From an uncultured Bacilli bacterium (GTDB taxonomy: Bacteria > Bacillota_I > Bacilli_A > RF39 > UBA660), in the NCBI GenBank assembly GCA_934182615.1, contig CAKPRO010000009.1, positions 5,282 through 69,281 on the forward strand: 64,000 bases of DNA, in the 5' to 3' direction. This document shows positions 45,947 to 57,621 of this stretch, piece by piece; positions within the stretch are counted from its first letter, which is position 1, and each line of letters begins with the position of its first letter. The notes under the pieces were generated by a model. The model was given only the letters and a program-made list of their open reading frames with translations. It searched no databases and was not told the origin of the DNA. The position numbers were made by a program, and so were the translations under genes.

Positions 45947-46024
45947 AATTTAAAGACTTTGGCTTTAAATTACTATAGAAAGACCTTAGGCTTTCTATAG
46001 CAGTGAACAACGAAGTGTGAACTC
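45947..46024 (+). repeat. Hairpin pair + GTGAACAACgaAGTGTGAAC box (copy i)
   Basis: aatttaaAGACtttGGCTttaaatt (45947-45971) and ctatagaaAGACcttaGGCTttctatag (45973-46000). Confidence 0.75.
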
Positions 46025-46053
46025 TAAAAAAAATAGTTTAGCACAATACTAAA

Positions 46054-46056
<3 letters not shown>
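46025..46056 (-). terminator. Intrinsic terminator of uvrA (overlaps the stop codon)
   Basis: Stem tagtttag / ctaaacta plus a nine-T run on the minus strand. Confidence 0.75.
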
Positions 46057-48873
<2,817 letters not shown>

Positions 48874-48966
48874 ATTATCACTGCTTCCTTTTCCTTTGGT
48901 ATTATACCACATTTTTTTAAAATTATAAACAAGAAAAAAATGCTAATTGATAGCACTTTATATTTA

Positions 48967-49512
48967 TTAAAAATTTAATTCACCAGGGGATACGGTTCTA
49001 GCACCAGAGTCGGCCCATGGATTGTTTATTTTTCTTTCTAGTACTTTATGTTCCTCTTGCTCTTCAGGAATAAAGTTTTCTAGGTCTGGACTTGTGTAGT
49101 TTGCTTCTTTTGGTTCTTCTTTTACCTTGCTAGAATCTTCTTTAACTGAATTATCAAGTTCTTTATCAAAAGTAACCGCAAGTTCATTTATAGGTTCTTC
49201 TGGTATATCCATGGTTAGAACTTCATCACGAGGATGAGTTAGTTTTTCTTGGTTTACTAAGTTAGTATATTTTGAATCATAAATACTTGCTTCACCTGGA
49301 GTACTTGATAAAGTTTCTTCTTTAGGAGAATCCTCTAATGCTTTGGTATCTTCAGGTAATGGTATATTCTCTTCTTGTGGAGGCAATGTTTCTTTTTTTG
49401 ATTCTTCAGATAGTAATTTATTTACTGTATCTAAAAATTCTTCTTTACTTTGAGTAACCGCTAGTAAATCTATTATTCTTAATTTTTCTTCTGGGGTAAA
49501 ATTATTATTCAT
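48967..49512 (-). CDS. Acidic Pro/Glu-rich hypothetical protein
   Basis: ORF with low-complexity composition. Confidence 0.45.
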   Translation of the reverse strand: MNNNFTPEEKLRIIDLLAVTQSKEEFLDTVNKLLSEESKKETLPPQEENIPLPEDTKALEDSPKEETLSSTPGEASIYDSKYTNLVNQEKLTHPRDEVLTMDIPEEPINELAVTFDKELDNSVKEDSSKVKEEPKEANYTSPDLENFIPEEQEEHKVLERKINNPWADSGARTVSPGELNF

Positions 49513-49572
49513 ACTTGTGCCTCCTTTACACTTATAGTATATATTAGAAAAGAAAAAAAGTAAATATTATAG

Positions 49573-50154
49573 TTAGTAATTATTTTTATTTGACACTATA
49601 CTTGATACTTTTTTTCTTATCCTATTAATTATATTATATACAGTTCTTTGATTATTATCTATTATTTCAGATATTTCTTTTGGTTTATAGTTTTGTTCTT
49701 TTAATTTAAAAACTAATTCTTCTTGCCAAGTTAATTTACTTATGATTGTCTTCTTTAATTTATTATAGTTATATTCTTCAAATACTTGTAGTTCTGGGTC
49801 ATACTTTTTATCATATGAGGATATATTTAAATAATCAGTACTATTAAGTGATGTTGCTTCACTTAAAACTCTACTCTTTTTGGTATTATTTTTTCTAAAA
49901 GCATTTTTTAAAGCATTATCTAGGCATCTATTTAAATAGATATTATAGGGAGTAGTATCGCGATAATTATCTATTGTTTCATATAATGCTAAAGTTCCTT
50001 CACTTATATAGTCCTCTAGCTCATTATTAGTGTTATTTCTTTGTGAATATTTTCGAGCTTTATAATAAATTAGATTTTTATATTTTTGATAAATTAGGTC
50101 TTTTACTTGATCATCATCTTTAGCTAAATATAATAGTTCATAATCATTATCCAT
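49573..50154 (-). CDS. sigH: Sigma-70 family sigma factor (SigH-like by position)
   Basis: Region 2-like YISEGTLALYETIDNY and region 4-like EISEIIDNNQRTVYNIINRIRKK. Lies downstream of mrnC-rlmB, as in Bacillus. Confidence 0.55.
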   Translation of the reverse strand: MDNDYELLYLAKDDDQVKDLIYQKYKNLIYYKARKYSQRNNTNNELEDYISEGTLALYETIDNYRDTTPYNIYLNRCLDNALKNAFRKNNTKKSRVLSEATSLNSTDYLNISSYDKKYDPELQVFEEYNYNKLKKTIISKLTWQEELVFKLKEQNYKPKEISEIIDNNQRTVYNIINRIRKKVSSIVSNKNNY

Positions 50155-50155
50155 A

Positions 50156-50863
50156 TTATACTCCTCTTGATCTATTTATTTCTGCTAGAAAGATGCCACA
50201 AGCTACGGAAGCATTTAAACTATTTACTGTTCCACTCATAGGTATTTTGGCTAAGTAGTCACAATTTTCACTTACTAATCTACTTATTCCCTTACCTTCA
50301 TTTCCTATTATTAGAGCAGTTTTCATTTTATAATCAATATCGGTATAAACTGTTCCTTCCATATCAGTACCTACAACCCAATAACCATAGTCTTTTAATT
50401 TTTTGATGGTATTATTTAGATTTGTTACTTTGATTATTTTTACTTTTTCAATGGTACCTACTGATGCTTTTACAACAGTTCCGGTTATATCTACTGAACG
50501 ATCATTAGGTATTATTATGGCATCTACACCAAAGGCTTCGCATGATCTTATGATGGCTCCAAAGTTATGGGGGTCTTCAATATGATCTAATAGAACCACT
50601 AATGGATACTCTTTATCGATATTTGGTATGATATCTTCTAGTGAATAGGTTTTAACATCCTCTACTTCTAATATTATACCTTGATGTAAACCTTTACACA
50701 TTTTATCTAAATCACGCATATCTAGAGGAATAGGATTTATATTTCTTTTTTTGATTAGAGTGATTATTTCATTATCTTTAAATTTATTACTTAGATATAC
50801 TTTTTTTATTTTATCTTTTGTTTGCAATTTTTCTTTTGCTACATTCTTTCCATATATTTGCAT
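50156..50863 (-). CDS. rlmB: TrmH/SpoU-family 23S rRNA 2'-O-methyltransferase
   Basis: LLDHIEDPHNFGAIIRS, LIIGNEGKGIS and IPMSGTVNSLNASVA. Confidence 0.8.
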   Translation of the reverse strand: MQIYGKNVAKEKLQTKDKIKKVYLSNKFKDNEIITLIKKRNINPIPLDMRDLDKMCKGLHQGIILEVEDVKTYSLEDIIPNIDKEYPLVVLLDHIEDPHNFGAIIRSCEAFGVDAIIIPNDRSVDITGTVVKASVGTIEKVKIIKVTNLNNTIKKLKDYGYWVVGTDMEGTVYTDIDYKMKTALIIGNEGKGISRLVSENCDYLAKIPMSGTVNSLNASVACGIFLAEINRSRGV

Positions 50864-51243
50864 TATTTCACCTCTATTTGCTCTAATATTTCTTTTAATC
50901 TATCTTTATTATTTAAGTATAAGTCTCCTAGTAAGGCTTCAAAACCAGTAGATAATTTATAGGTTATGATATCGGTATTTTTAGGGTGATTTTCTTTTTT
51001 GTTATTTCTTCCTCTTTTTACGATATCTAATTCTTCTTCAGTTAAGAAGTTATCTTTAGTTAATTTATCTAATATTTTTACTTGTCCTTTAGCGGATACA
51101 TAAGGAACTGCTGATGCATTTAATTTATTGGCATTATTGATACCTTGTTTTAACAATTTTTCTCTTATATATAAGGATAATACAGCATCTCCTAGCAATG
51201 CTAATACTTGAATATTTATTGTTTTAGTATTCATTTTATACAC
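50863..51243 (-). CDS. mrnC: Mini-ribonuclease III
   Basis: LALLGDAVLSLYIRE...FEALLGDLYL. Size and position match. Confidence 0.8.
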   Translation of the reverse strand: MYKMNTKTINIQVLALLGDAVLSLYIREKLLKQGINNANKLNASAVPYVSAKGQVKILDKLTKDNFLTEEELDIVKRGRNNKKENHPKNTDIITYKLSTGFEALLGDLYLNNKDRLKEILEQIEVK

Positions 51244-51357
51244 TTCTTTCTTTAAAAAAAATATTGTTTTTCTTCATATTTAAATGACACATATAGTTTA
51301 TCATATATAGTTATCTTTGTCTATAATTTGGTAAAAGAAAAGTAGCATTTTTATCTG

Positions 51358-52158
51358 CTACTGATTATTTTGCATTATTTGTCCAAACATTGATGGTCCA
51401 GTTGTTGTTTGTCCTCTTACTGGAATGGGATTATTTACTTGATTAGACTCATTTACTGGATTACCAAAGAAGGGATTACTATTTAAATTAGTATTAACTC
51501 CCGGATTCATGTTTGGAGTACTATTTATATCTATTTTGAAATTGTCTGTTGTATCCATTAAGTTAGTTGGCTCTGGTGTAGGTTGTTGCCACAAATTACC
51601 ATTAAAATTTACCGGTTCATTGCTTTGATTGTTTACTACTTGATTATCTAGTTTAGGAATTGGTTCTCCCATAGGTTGATAATTAGTTGGTTCTAGAACT
51701 GGTGTTGGTATTTCAAAGTTATTTGTTTGTAAATTAGGCATAGCCTCAGTTTGATTCATGTTAGGAATATTTAAATTACTTGGTGCCTGTCCTTCTTGGT
51801 TTGGTACTTCTACTGGTTCTGGTGTTGACATTTGAGGTGTTACTTCTACAGCAGGACTACTTGGAGTATTAAATGCTGGTACTTCAAAACTTGGAGTACT
51901 TACAGGAATACTTTCTGTATTTACTGGTTCCTCTTTTGGTATATTGAATGCTCCTGAATTAAATGTTGGAACTTCAAAACTAGGCATGCTATTTGCTACA
52001 CTTTCTTTAGGTGGATTAAATACTGACTCCTGAACAGGTAACTCTACTTTTTCTTCTTTATTATATTTGTTATTAAGATTTTTTAATGTCTCACGAGTAG
52101 GTTCTTGTAATAACTCATTCGTTATATCCTCTAACTCTTCTTTTGTAAAATATTTCAT
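51358..52158 (-). CDS. Pro/Asn-rich low-complexity protein
   Basis: Internal SFEVP(T/A)FN repeats. Confidence 0.45.
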   Translation of the reverse strand: MKYFTKEELEDITNELLQEPTRETLKNLNNKYNKEEKVELPVQESVFNPPKESVANSMPSFEVPTFNSGAFNIPKEEPVNTESIPVSTPSFEVPAFNTPSSPAVEVTPQMSTPEPVEVPNQEGQAPSNLNIPNMNQTEAMPNLQTNNFEIPTPVLEPTNYQPMGEPIPKLDNQVVNNQSNEPVNFNGNLWQQPTPEPTNLMDTTDNFKIDINSTPNMNPGVNTNLNSNPFFGNPVNESNQVNNPIPVRGQTTTGPSMFGQIMQNNQ

Positions 52159-52249
52159 ATTAGGCCCCTCCTTATTATAAATAAATTATAATATAAAAAA
52201 GATAAAAAGTAAATAGAAATATCACTTTTTATCTAGAATAATTTTTGAA

Positions 52250-53452
52250 TTAGTCTGCTAATTTTTTGTTATGCTTTATTTCTTCCCAACCTAAATTTCT
52301 TTTAAATATTGATATCATAAGGCATAAGATATAGCTTAATAAAAATAATGGGTTATATAATGTTAATTTTGTTTTTGATACATTTAAATTTAATTTATTT
52401 TTTTCACTTTTAATTATTATATAGGTTATACCCGCTAATTCTAAGTAGATTAGTAATAAGACTACTACTAAAGTTTTTATAAAGGCTGTAATATCATTTA
52501 TTGTTAATGAACTTACTACTAACAGAAGAACTCCTATTAAAAGGTATATTAGTGGTTGTACTCCTATTACGGTACTTATTTTTGAACCATAGTTTTTATC
52601 TTTATAATCTAGACTTCTTCTAATTTCTTTGATATATATTTTACGAGCTTCAAAATAACCTTTTACCCATCTTGTTCTTTGCTTCATGGATACTTTGAAA
52701 CTATCTGGTTGTTCATCATAAAAGATAGCTTTCTCATTATAAGTTGTAGTTAAATTATTCAAAGTACTATATAGAGTTAATTCATAATCTTCAGTTAAGG
52801 TATTAAAAGGGAAACCTTGCCAATCTTCTACTAAAGAACCTTTGATATAATATCCTGTTCCTGATATGGTTAAATTATTGGTATATTTACTTTTTAATTG
52901 ATTACCAATTGTATTTATCATAGAAAAGGTTAAGGCAGAAGAAGCTGCTACTAAGGTAGAACTATTTTTAGTATTACGATAACTTATGCCAATATCATAA
53001 CCTTCTTCAATACTATTTATCATTTCTTTGATATAGTTTTTATCTAAGATATTATCGGCATCAAAGATAAAATAGGCATCATATTTTTTATTTTTTGATA
53101 ATATTTCTTTAATAGCGTCATCTAAGGCATAGCCTTTTCTTTTTTTAGTTAAATCTTTTCGATAGACGATATTCATATTATGTTTTTTGACTATTTCTAC
53201 TGTAGGATCTTCTTTTGATTCTACAATTATATAGACATCTTTGGAATTTATTTTTTTAGTTTGCTTTTCAATACTAATTAGAAGTTGTTCTATTACTTGG
53301 GATTCGTTACGTGCAGGTATTAAAATACAATATTTATTAGTTACTGTATCTGACTTCTTTGGACTATTGTTATTTCTTGTCATTACAAAGAAACTATATA
53401 CTAATAAGAATAGTGAATAAATTATTAATAAAAAACTTATTATTGTTGTCAT
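52250..53452 (-). CDS. Family-2 glycosyltransferase (processive type, membrane-embedded)
   Basis: IPARNE, FIFDADN (DxD) and QRTRWVKG (QxxRW). C-terminal TM segments. Confidence 0.8.
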   Translation of the reverse strand: MTTIISFLLIIYSLFLLVYSFFVMTRNNNSPKKSDTVTNKYCILIPARNESQVIEQLLISIEKQTKKINSKDVYIIVESKEDPTVEIVKKHNMNIVYRKDLTKKRKGYALDDAIKEILSKNKKYDAYFIFDADNILDKNYIKEMINSIEEGYDIGISYRNTKNSSTLVAASSALTFSMINTIGNQLKSKYTNNLTISGTGYYIKGSLVEDWQGFPFNTLTEDYELTLYSTLNNLTTTYNEKAIFYDEQPDSFKVSMKQRTRWVKGYFEARKIYIKEIRRSLDYKDKNYGSKISTVIGVQPLIYLLIGVLLLVVSSLTINDITAFIKTLVVVLLLIYLELAGITYIIIKSEKNKLNLNVSKTKLTLYNPLFLLSYILCLMISIFKRNLGWEEIKHNKKLAD

Positions 53453-54138
53453 CTTACCACCATATTTGTATAACTTTTCTTCATTCTTTCATCATTATAT
53501 ACTTTATCTAAAAACTCACCATATCCTGTCAGTGGTTTATAGCCTTCATGTCTTAGTCCCATTCTTATACATGCACTAAATGATATAAACATATCTATTG
53601 TTATTACTACTAATAGAATGTAATAAATTAGATTTCCTAAATTATATGGTATCTTTTCTATTTTGTTTGATACAAAGGGATATATTTTAACCATGAGTAT
53701 ATAACATAATAAACCCCAGAATAACATATATGGTAAAGTTGTTCTGCCATTTATATTTAATAGATATGTTGAATAATCCCATGATGTTGTTCCGGTGAAG
53801 GCCTCCTGCAAGAAGCTTATTAGATATTCGAAGGCTCCTCCTATTAAAGAACCTATTAAGAAATAATCTAATTTTTGCCTCGGCTTTCTAGCAAGAATAT
53901 ATACCATGATACATGCTCCCCAGCCATATATTGGAGATAATTCTAAATATAATAGCCCTCTTTTAGTGGAATAATCTAGTATTCCATAATTGATATAATT
54001 TTTAGTCATAAATAGTATATCTTCATAAAGGCAACCTAAGAAACTAAAAATGACAAAGATTAAAAACATTTTCTTAAAAGATAAACCTTCAGCGAAGGGT
54101 GTTCTATCTTTTAAAAGATATTCTTTTATTTTCTTCAT
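53449..54138 (-). CDS. Polytopic membrane protein
   Basis: About 6 hydrophobic segments. Overlaps the GT2 start. Confidence 0.55.
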   Translation of the reverse strand: MKKIKEYLLKDRTPFAEGLSFKKMFLIFVIFSFLGCLYEDILFMTKNYINYGILDYSTKRGLLYLELSPIYGWGACIMVYILARKPRQKLDYFLIGSLIGGAFEYLISFLQEAFTGTTSWDYSTYLLNINGRTTLPYMLFWGLLCYILMVKIYPFVSNKIEKIPYNLGNLIYYILLVVITIDMFISFSACIRMGLRHEGYKPLTGYGEFLDKVYNDERMKKSYTNMVVR

Positions 54139-54153
54139 ACTGCTAACTCCTTT

Positions 54154-55131
54154 TTATATTAAATTATTTCTTTCATATATATTGATATTATATTTGGTAT
54201 ATATATCAACTTTTCCTTTTTTAGTAAACTTTATGAAACATAAGTCTTCAATTACGATATCTTTATCTTTTTCTAGATTGAATGTTATTTTTTTACATTC
54301 TTTTAATTTGGGATTATTATGTGTCATTTTAGTTATATTTAAGTTATTGGCTATATATATAGTAATATTATTATCAGTATAGTAATCTAATCTAATATAG
54401 TCTTCGATTACTAGGGAGCCTTTTCCTTTCAATTGATAACTTCTTGGCTTTATTTCTTTTTTAGGAGTTATTTTTTTTATTTCTTTTAGTGATAGGCTAT
54501 TTAGAATGCTACCTTCATTTAATAAACCAGGTGTATCTATTATCTTTAAATTGTCTAGGTTTATTTCTATTTTATTTAGGGTTGTTGAAGGATATAGACT
54601 AGTTGTTACTTCTAACTGTTTGTCGGTATAGTTTTTTATTAGTTTATTTATTAGAGTTGATTTACCTGAATTAGTCATTCCTACAAAATATATTTCTTTA
54701 TTACTTTTATTATATTTTTTTATTTTGTTTAATAAACTATCTAGATTGTAATTTTTTATTGAACTTATTATTTCAATATCTAGATAGTTATTAGTTATAT
54801 TAGATATATAATTTATTAATTTATAGTCCTGAACTGATTTTGGTAGTAAATCTTTTTTGGTTAATACTAATATTACATTATTAAAGTTATTTATGTATTC
54901 TAAATTAATATTTAATAATGATGTTAAATAGACTACTAACGCATCTTTAGGGATACTATTTAAGATATCGGTATAGTCTTTATTATTTAATGTTACGGCT
55001 TTATACTCACCATAGTTTTTTAATTTAAAACATCTTAAACATAGTTCATTATCTATATTTTCAGTATATCCTTCTTTATTTATATCTTCTTTTTGAAGAG
55101 TGATTCCACATCCTGTACACTTCTTAATCAT
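54154..55131 (-). CDS. yqeH: Ribosome-biogenesis GTPase YqeH
   Basis: N-terminal CTGCG...CLRCF zinc finger. Circularly permuted GTPase motifs (TKKD...GMTNSGKST...DTPG). Confidence 0.8.
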   Translation of the reverse strand: MIKKCTGCGITLQKEDINKEGYTENIDNELCLRCFKLKNYGEYKAVTLNNKDYTDILNSIPKDALVVYLTSLLNINLEYINNFNNVILVLTKKDLLPKSVQDYKLINYISNITNNYLDIEIISSIKNYNLDSLLNKIKKYNKSNKEIYFVGMTNSGKSTLINKLIKNYTDKQLEVTTSLYPSTTLNKIEINLDNLKIIDTPGLLNEGSILNSLSLKEIKKITPKKEIKPRSYQLKGKGSLVIEDYIRLDYYTDNNITIYIANNLNITKMTHNNPKLKECKKITFNLEKDKDIVIEDLCFIKFTKKGKVDIYTKYNINIYERNNLI

Positions 55132-55645
55132 AATATTCTCCTACTTTAAATATTCCTTTTTTATTCATTTTATTTATTTCTTTTCTTTCTATATAACGAT
55201 GTATTTTAGTAAATGGCATATCAATATCAGACATTGGATTTACTAATACTGTTGTTATACCTACTCTATTGCCACCATAGATATCTGTTACTAATTGATC
55301 TCCTACTATGGCTACTTCAGATAAGTCTAATTTATATTCTTTTAATACTTTTATAAATTTTGCTTTTCTTGGTTTTCTAGCAGATGGACAACAGTCAACA
55401 TTTAAATATTTTTTAAATGGTTCTAGTCTATCTCTTGGTGAATTAGAAAATATTATTACTGTAAAACCTAAGTCTTTTAGTTTATCAAAATGATTTTTTA
55501 ATTTTTTTGTTGGTTTTTTATCTACATATGGTACACAAGTATTATCTAAATCAAATAGTAAACATTTTATACCGTTTTCTTTTAATTTATCATAATTGAT
55601 GGTATAGATACTTTTTTGATAAACATCTGGATAAAAATAATTCAT
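55124..55645 (-). CDS. yqeG: YqeG-family HAD phosphatase
   Basis: LLFDLDNT...FSNS...VGDQLVTDI. Lies upstream of yqeH. Confidence 0.8.
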   Translation of the reverse strand: MNYFYPDVYQKSIYTINYDKLKENGIKCLLFDLDNTCVPYVDKKPTKKLKNHFDKLKDLGFTVIIFSNSPRDRLEPFKKYLNVDCCPSARKPRKAKFIKVLKEYKLDLSEVAIVGDQLVTDIYGGNRVGITTVLVNPMSDIDMPFTKIHRYIERKEINKMNKKGIFKVGEYYD

Positions 55646-55756
55646 ATATAATTCACCTCGCTATAAATATTATACTATATTTTTTTTATTATTGAAAGAG
55701 AGATTTAATCTTACTATTTTTTATTTTGCATAAATTTTATTAGGAGGATGTATTTT

Positions 55757-56455
55757 ATGTTGTTTAATTTATTTAATCTTTTATTTGGTAATCTTACTTT
55801 TTTTAGTGGTGCCTACTCTAATAATGTTTTTCCTGACCCTTTATCTAAGGAAGAAGAAGAAAAATATATTGAAAGAATGATTAATGGTGATAAGGAAGCT
55901 AGAAGTAAACTTATTGAACATAATCTTAGACTAGTAGCACATATTGTTAAGAAGTTTGAATCTACTTATAATGATGTTGATGATCTTATTGGAATAGGAA
56001 CAGTAGGGCTTATTAAAGGTATTGATAGTTTTTCTCCTAATAAGAATGTAAGACTTACTACTTATATTGCTAAATGTGCGGAAAATGAAATTCTTATGCA
56101 TTTTAGAGCAGATAAAAAGAATTCTAAGAATGTTAGTATTTATGATGGTATTAGTTATGATAAGGAAGGAAATGAAGTTACAATACTTGACGTTTTAAAA
56201 ACTGAAGATCCTGATTTTAATGAAGAAATATATAAAAATGATAATATTAAATTATTAAAAGAATATATGAATGTTCTTACTCCTAGAGAGAGGGATGTTC
56301 TTACTAAAAGATATGGTCTTGATAATAATGATGAAATAACGCAGAAGGAAATTGCTAAAAATTTGGGTATATCGAGAAGTTATGTTTCAAGAATTGAAAA
56401 AAGGGCAATAACAAAAATTTTAAGAGAATTTATTAAAAATGATACTAAGAAATAG
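55757..56455 (+). CDS. sigK: Sporulation pro-sigma-K (uninterrupted)
   Basis: NNVFPDPLSKEEEEKYI...LIEHNLRLVAHIVKKFE...CAENEILMHFR closely follows the B. subtilis SigK pattern as I recall it. Hydrophobic pro-sequence present. Confidence 0.8.
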   Translation: MLFNLFNLLFGNLTFFSGAYSNNVFPDPLSKEEEEKYIERMINGDKEARSKLIEHNLRLVAHIVKKFESTYNDVDDLIGIGTVGLIKGIDSFSPNKNVRLTTYIAKCAENEILMHFRADKKNSKNVSIYDGISYDKEGNEVTILDVLKTEDPDFNEEIYKNDNIKLLKEYMNVLTPRERDVLTKRYGLDNNDEITQKEIAKNLGISRSYVSRIEKRAITKILREFIKNDTKK

Positions 56456-56531
56456 TAAAATCATAAATAATTGTTGACTAAAAGGCAATTTTATGGTAAA
56501 GTTAATTACGAACTGATGAGGAGGGAATACG

Positions 56532-56711
56532 ATGAAGAAAGTAACAACTAAAAAAACTAGATCTGTAAATAATAGACCTAACTGTTTAAAAATAACTAAA
56601 GGTACTCAAAAAGTTAACTTTACTACTGTTACTGACAAAGATGGTAACAAAATTAAGACTAGTGTTAGAGAAGCTAGAACTATGAAAAAGAATAGTAAAA
56701 AAGATGCTTAA
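56532..56711 (+). CDS. rpmB: Ribosomal protein L28 (divergent), 59 aa; not in the ORF track
   Basis: SD gaggaggg. KKTRSVNNRPNCLKITKGTQKV...VREARTMKK parallels GKKT..GNNRSHA....KR....NLQKV...VSARALK. Convergent with the rpe operon, as in Bacillus. Confidence 0.55.
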   Translation: MKKVTTKKTRSVNNRPNCLKITKGTQKVNFTTVTDKDGNKIKTSVREARTMKKNSKKDA

Positions 56712-56713
56712 TG

Positions 56714-56737
56714 AAATGGATTTATATCCATTTTTTT
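56714..56737 (+). terminator. Intrinsic terminator of rpmB
   Basis: Stem aaatggat / atccattt plus a T-run. Confidence 0.75.
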
Positions 56738-56741
56738 GTTT

Positions 56742-56764
56742 GTCCACAGAAATTGTTGATAACT
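56742..56764. promoter_or_regulatory. Second copy of the tgtccacaga..ttgt.gataa motif
   Basis: See 1986-2008. Followed by three TTGACA repeats (56783-56812 region). Confidence 0.35.
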
Positions 56765-56830
56765 TTACTTTTGATTTGACATATATTGACAATTTACTTG
56801 ACAATTATCTATAAAAAAATACAATCTTAT

Positions 56831-56953
56831 TTAATTGTATTTCTCTGTTTCTTTAGGAGATTCTTCTAGTAGCTTATTATAGTATTCTTTACCTAATCTG
56901 TATTCTTCAGCGAGTACTTCTTTATCTATTTCTTGTTTTTGATTATCATTCAT
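56831..56953 (-). CDS. Small ORF, 40 aa (MNDNQKQEIDKEVLAEEYRLGKEYYNKLLEESPKETEKYN), last gene of the rpe operon
   Basis: SD aaaggag. The stop is embedded in the atacaat/attgtat hairpin, which is followed by a U-run. Confidence 0.35.
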   Translation of the reverse strand: MNDNQKQEIDKEVLAEEYRLGKEYYNKLLEESPKETEKYN

Positions 56954-56997
56954 ATTAAAACTCCTTTCTTTATTTATTATAAAGAGAGGAGTTATAT

Positions 56998-57621
56998 TTA
57001 TACTAATGTTTTTACTTTTTCTATCATATTATCACTAGTAGTTATGTATGAACCTACTACTGCTATGTCAGCAGTATTTACTAAGTTTATGGTTTTATCA
57101 TTGATACCACCATCTACTTCTAGTAAAATATTTTTATCTTTTATCAAGTTCTTTATTTCTTTTATTCTATCTGGACTGTTTTCTAGGAATGGTTGACCTC
57201 CTAAACCTGGTTCAACAGTCATTATTAATATTAATTCAATATTATCTAAATATGGTATTAACTTATTTATATCAGTATTTGGTTTAATAGATATTCCTCT
57301 TTTAAAACCATATTCTTTTATTTTATTTAATGTATTTTGAATATTCTCTTCTATTTCTAGATGAATTGTTATATATTCAATATTTTTTAAGTCTTTTATT
57401 TTCTCAATATAAGTTAGAGGGCTACTATGCATTAAATGAATATCTAGTTTTTTTTCTGATACTTTAGATAGTTCTAATGTTTCTTCTACTGGCATAGATA
57501 TTTGTTTAACAAAATTACCATCCATTACATCAATATGAAAATATGATATATCAGTATTATTTAATATTTTTATTGTTTCTTTTTTATCTTTGGCATTTAG
57601 TATTGATACTGATAGTTTCAT
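56998..57621 (-). CDS. rpe: Ribulose-phosphate 3-epimerase
   Basis: HIDVMDGNFV...HLM...MTVEPGLGGQ...VDGGI. Confidence 0.9.
   Translation of the reverse strand: MKLSVSILNAKDKKETIKILNNTDISYFHIDVMDGNFVKQISMPVEETLELSKVSEKKLDIHLMHSSPLTYIEKIKDLKNIEYITIHLEIEENIQNTLNKIKEYGFKRGISIKPNTDINKLIPYLDNIELILIMTVEPGLGGQPFLENSPDRIKEIKNLIKDKNILLEVDGGINDKTINLVNTADIAVVGSYITTSDNMIEKVKTLV

Noticed and set aside
56586-56804. 72-aa minus-strand ORF from the track
   Set aside because: It is the antisense shadow of the SD-preceded, terminator-followed rpmB candidate. Its sequence is Ser/Phe-rich and low-complexity.
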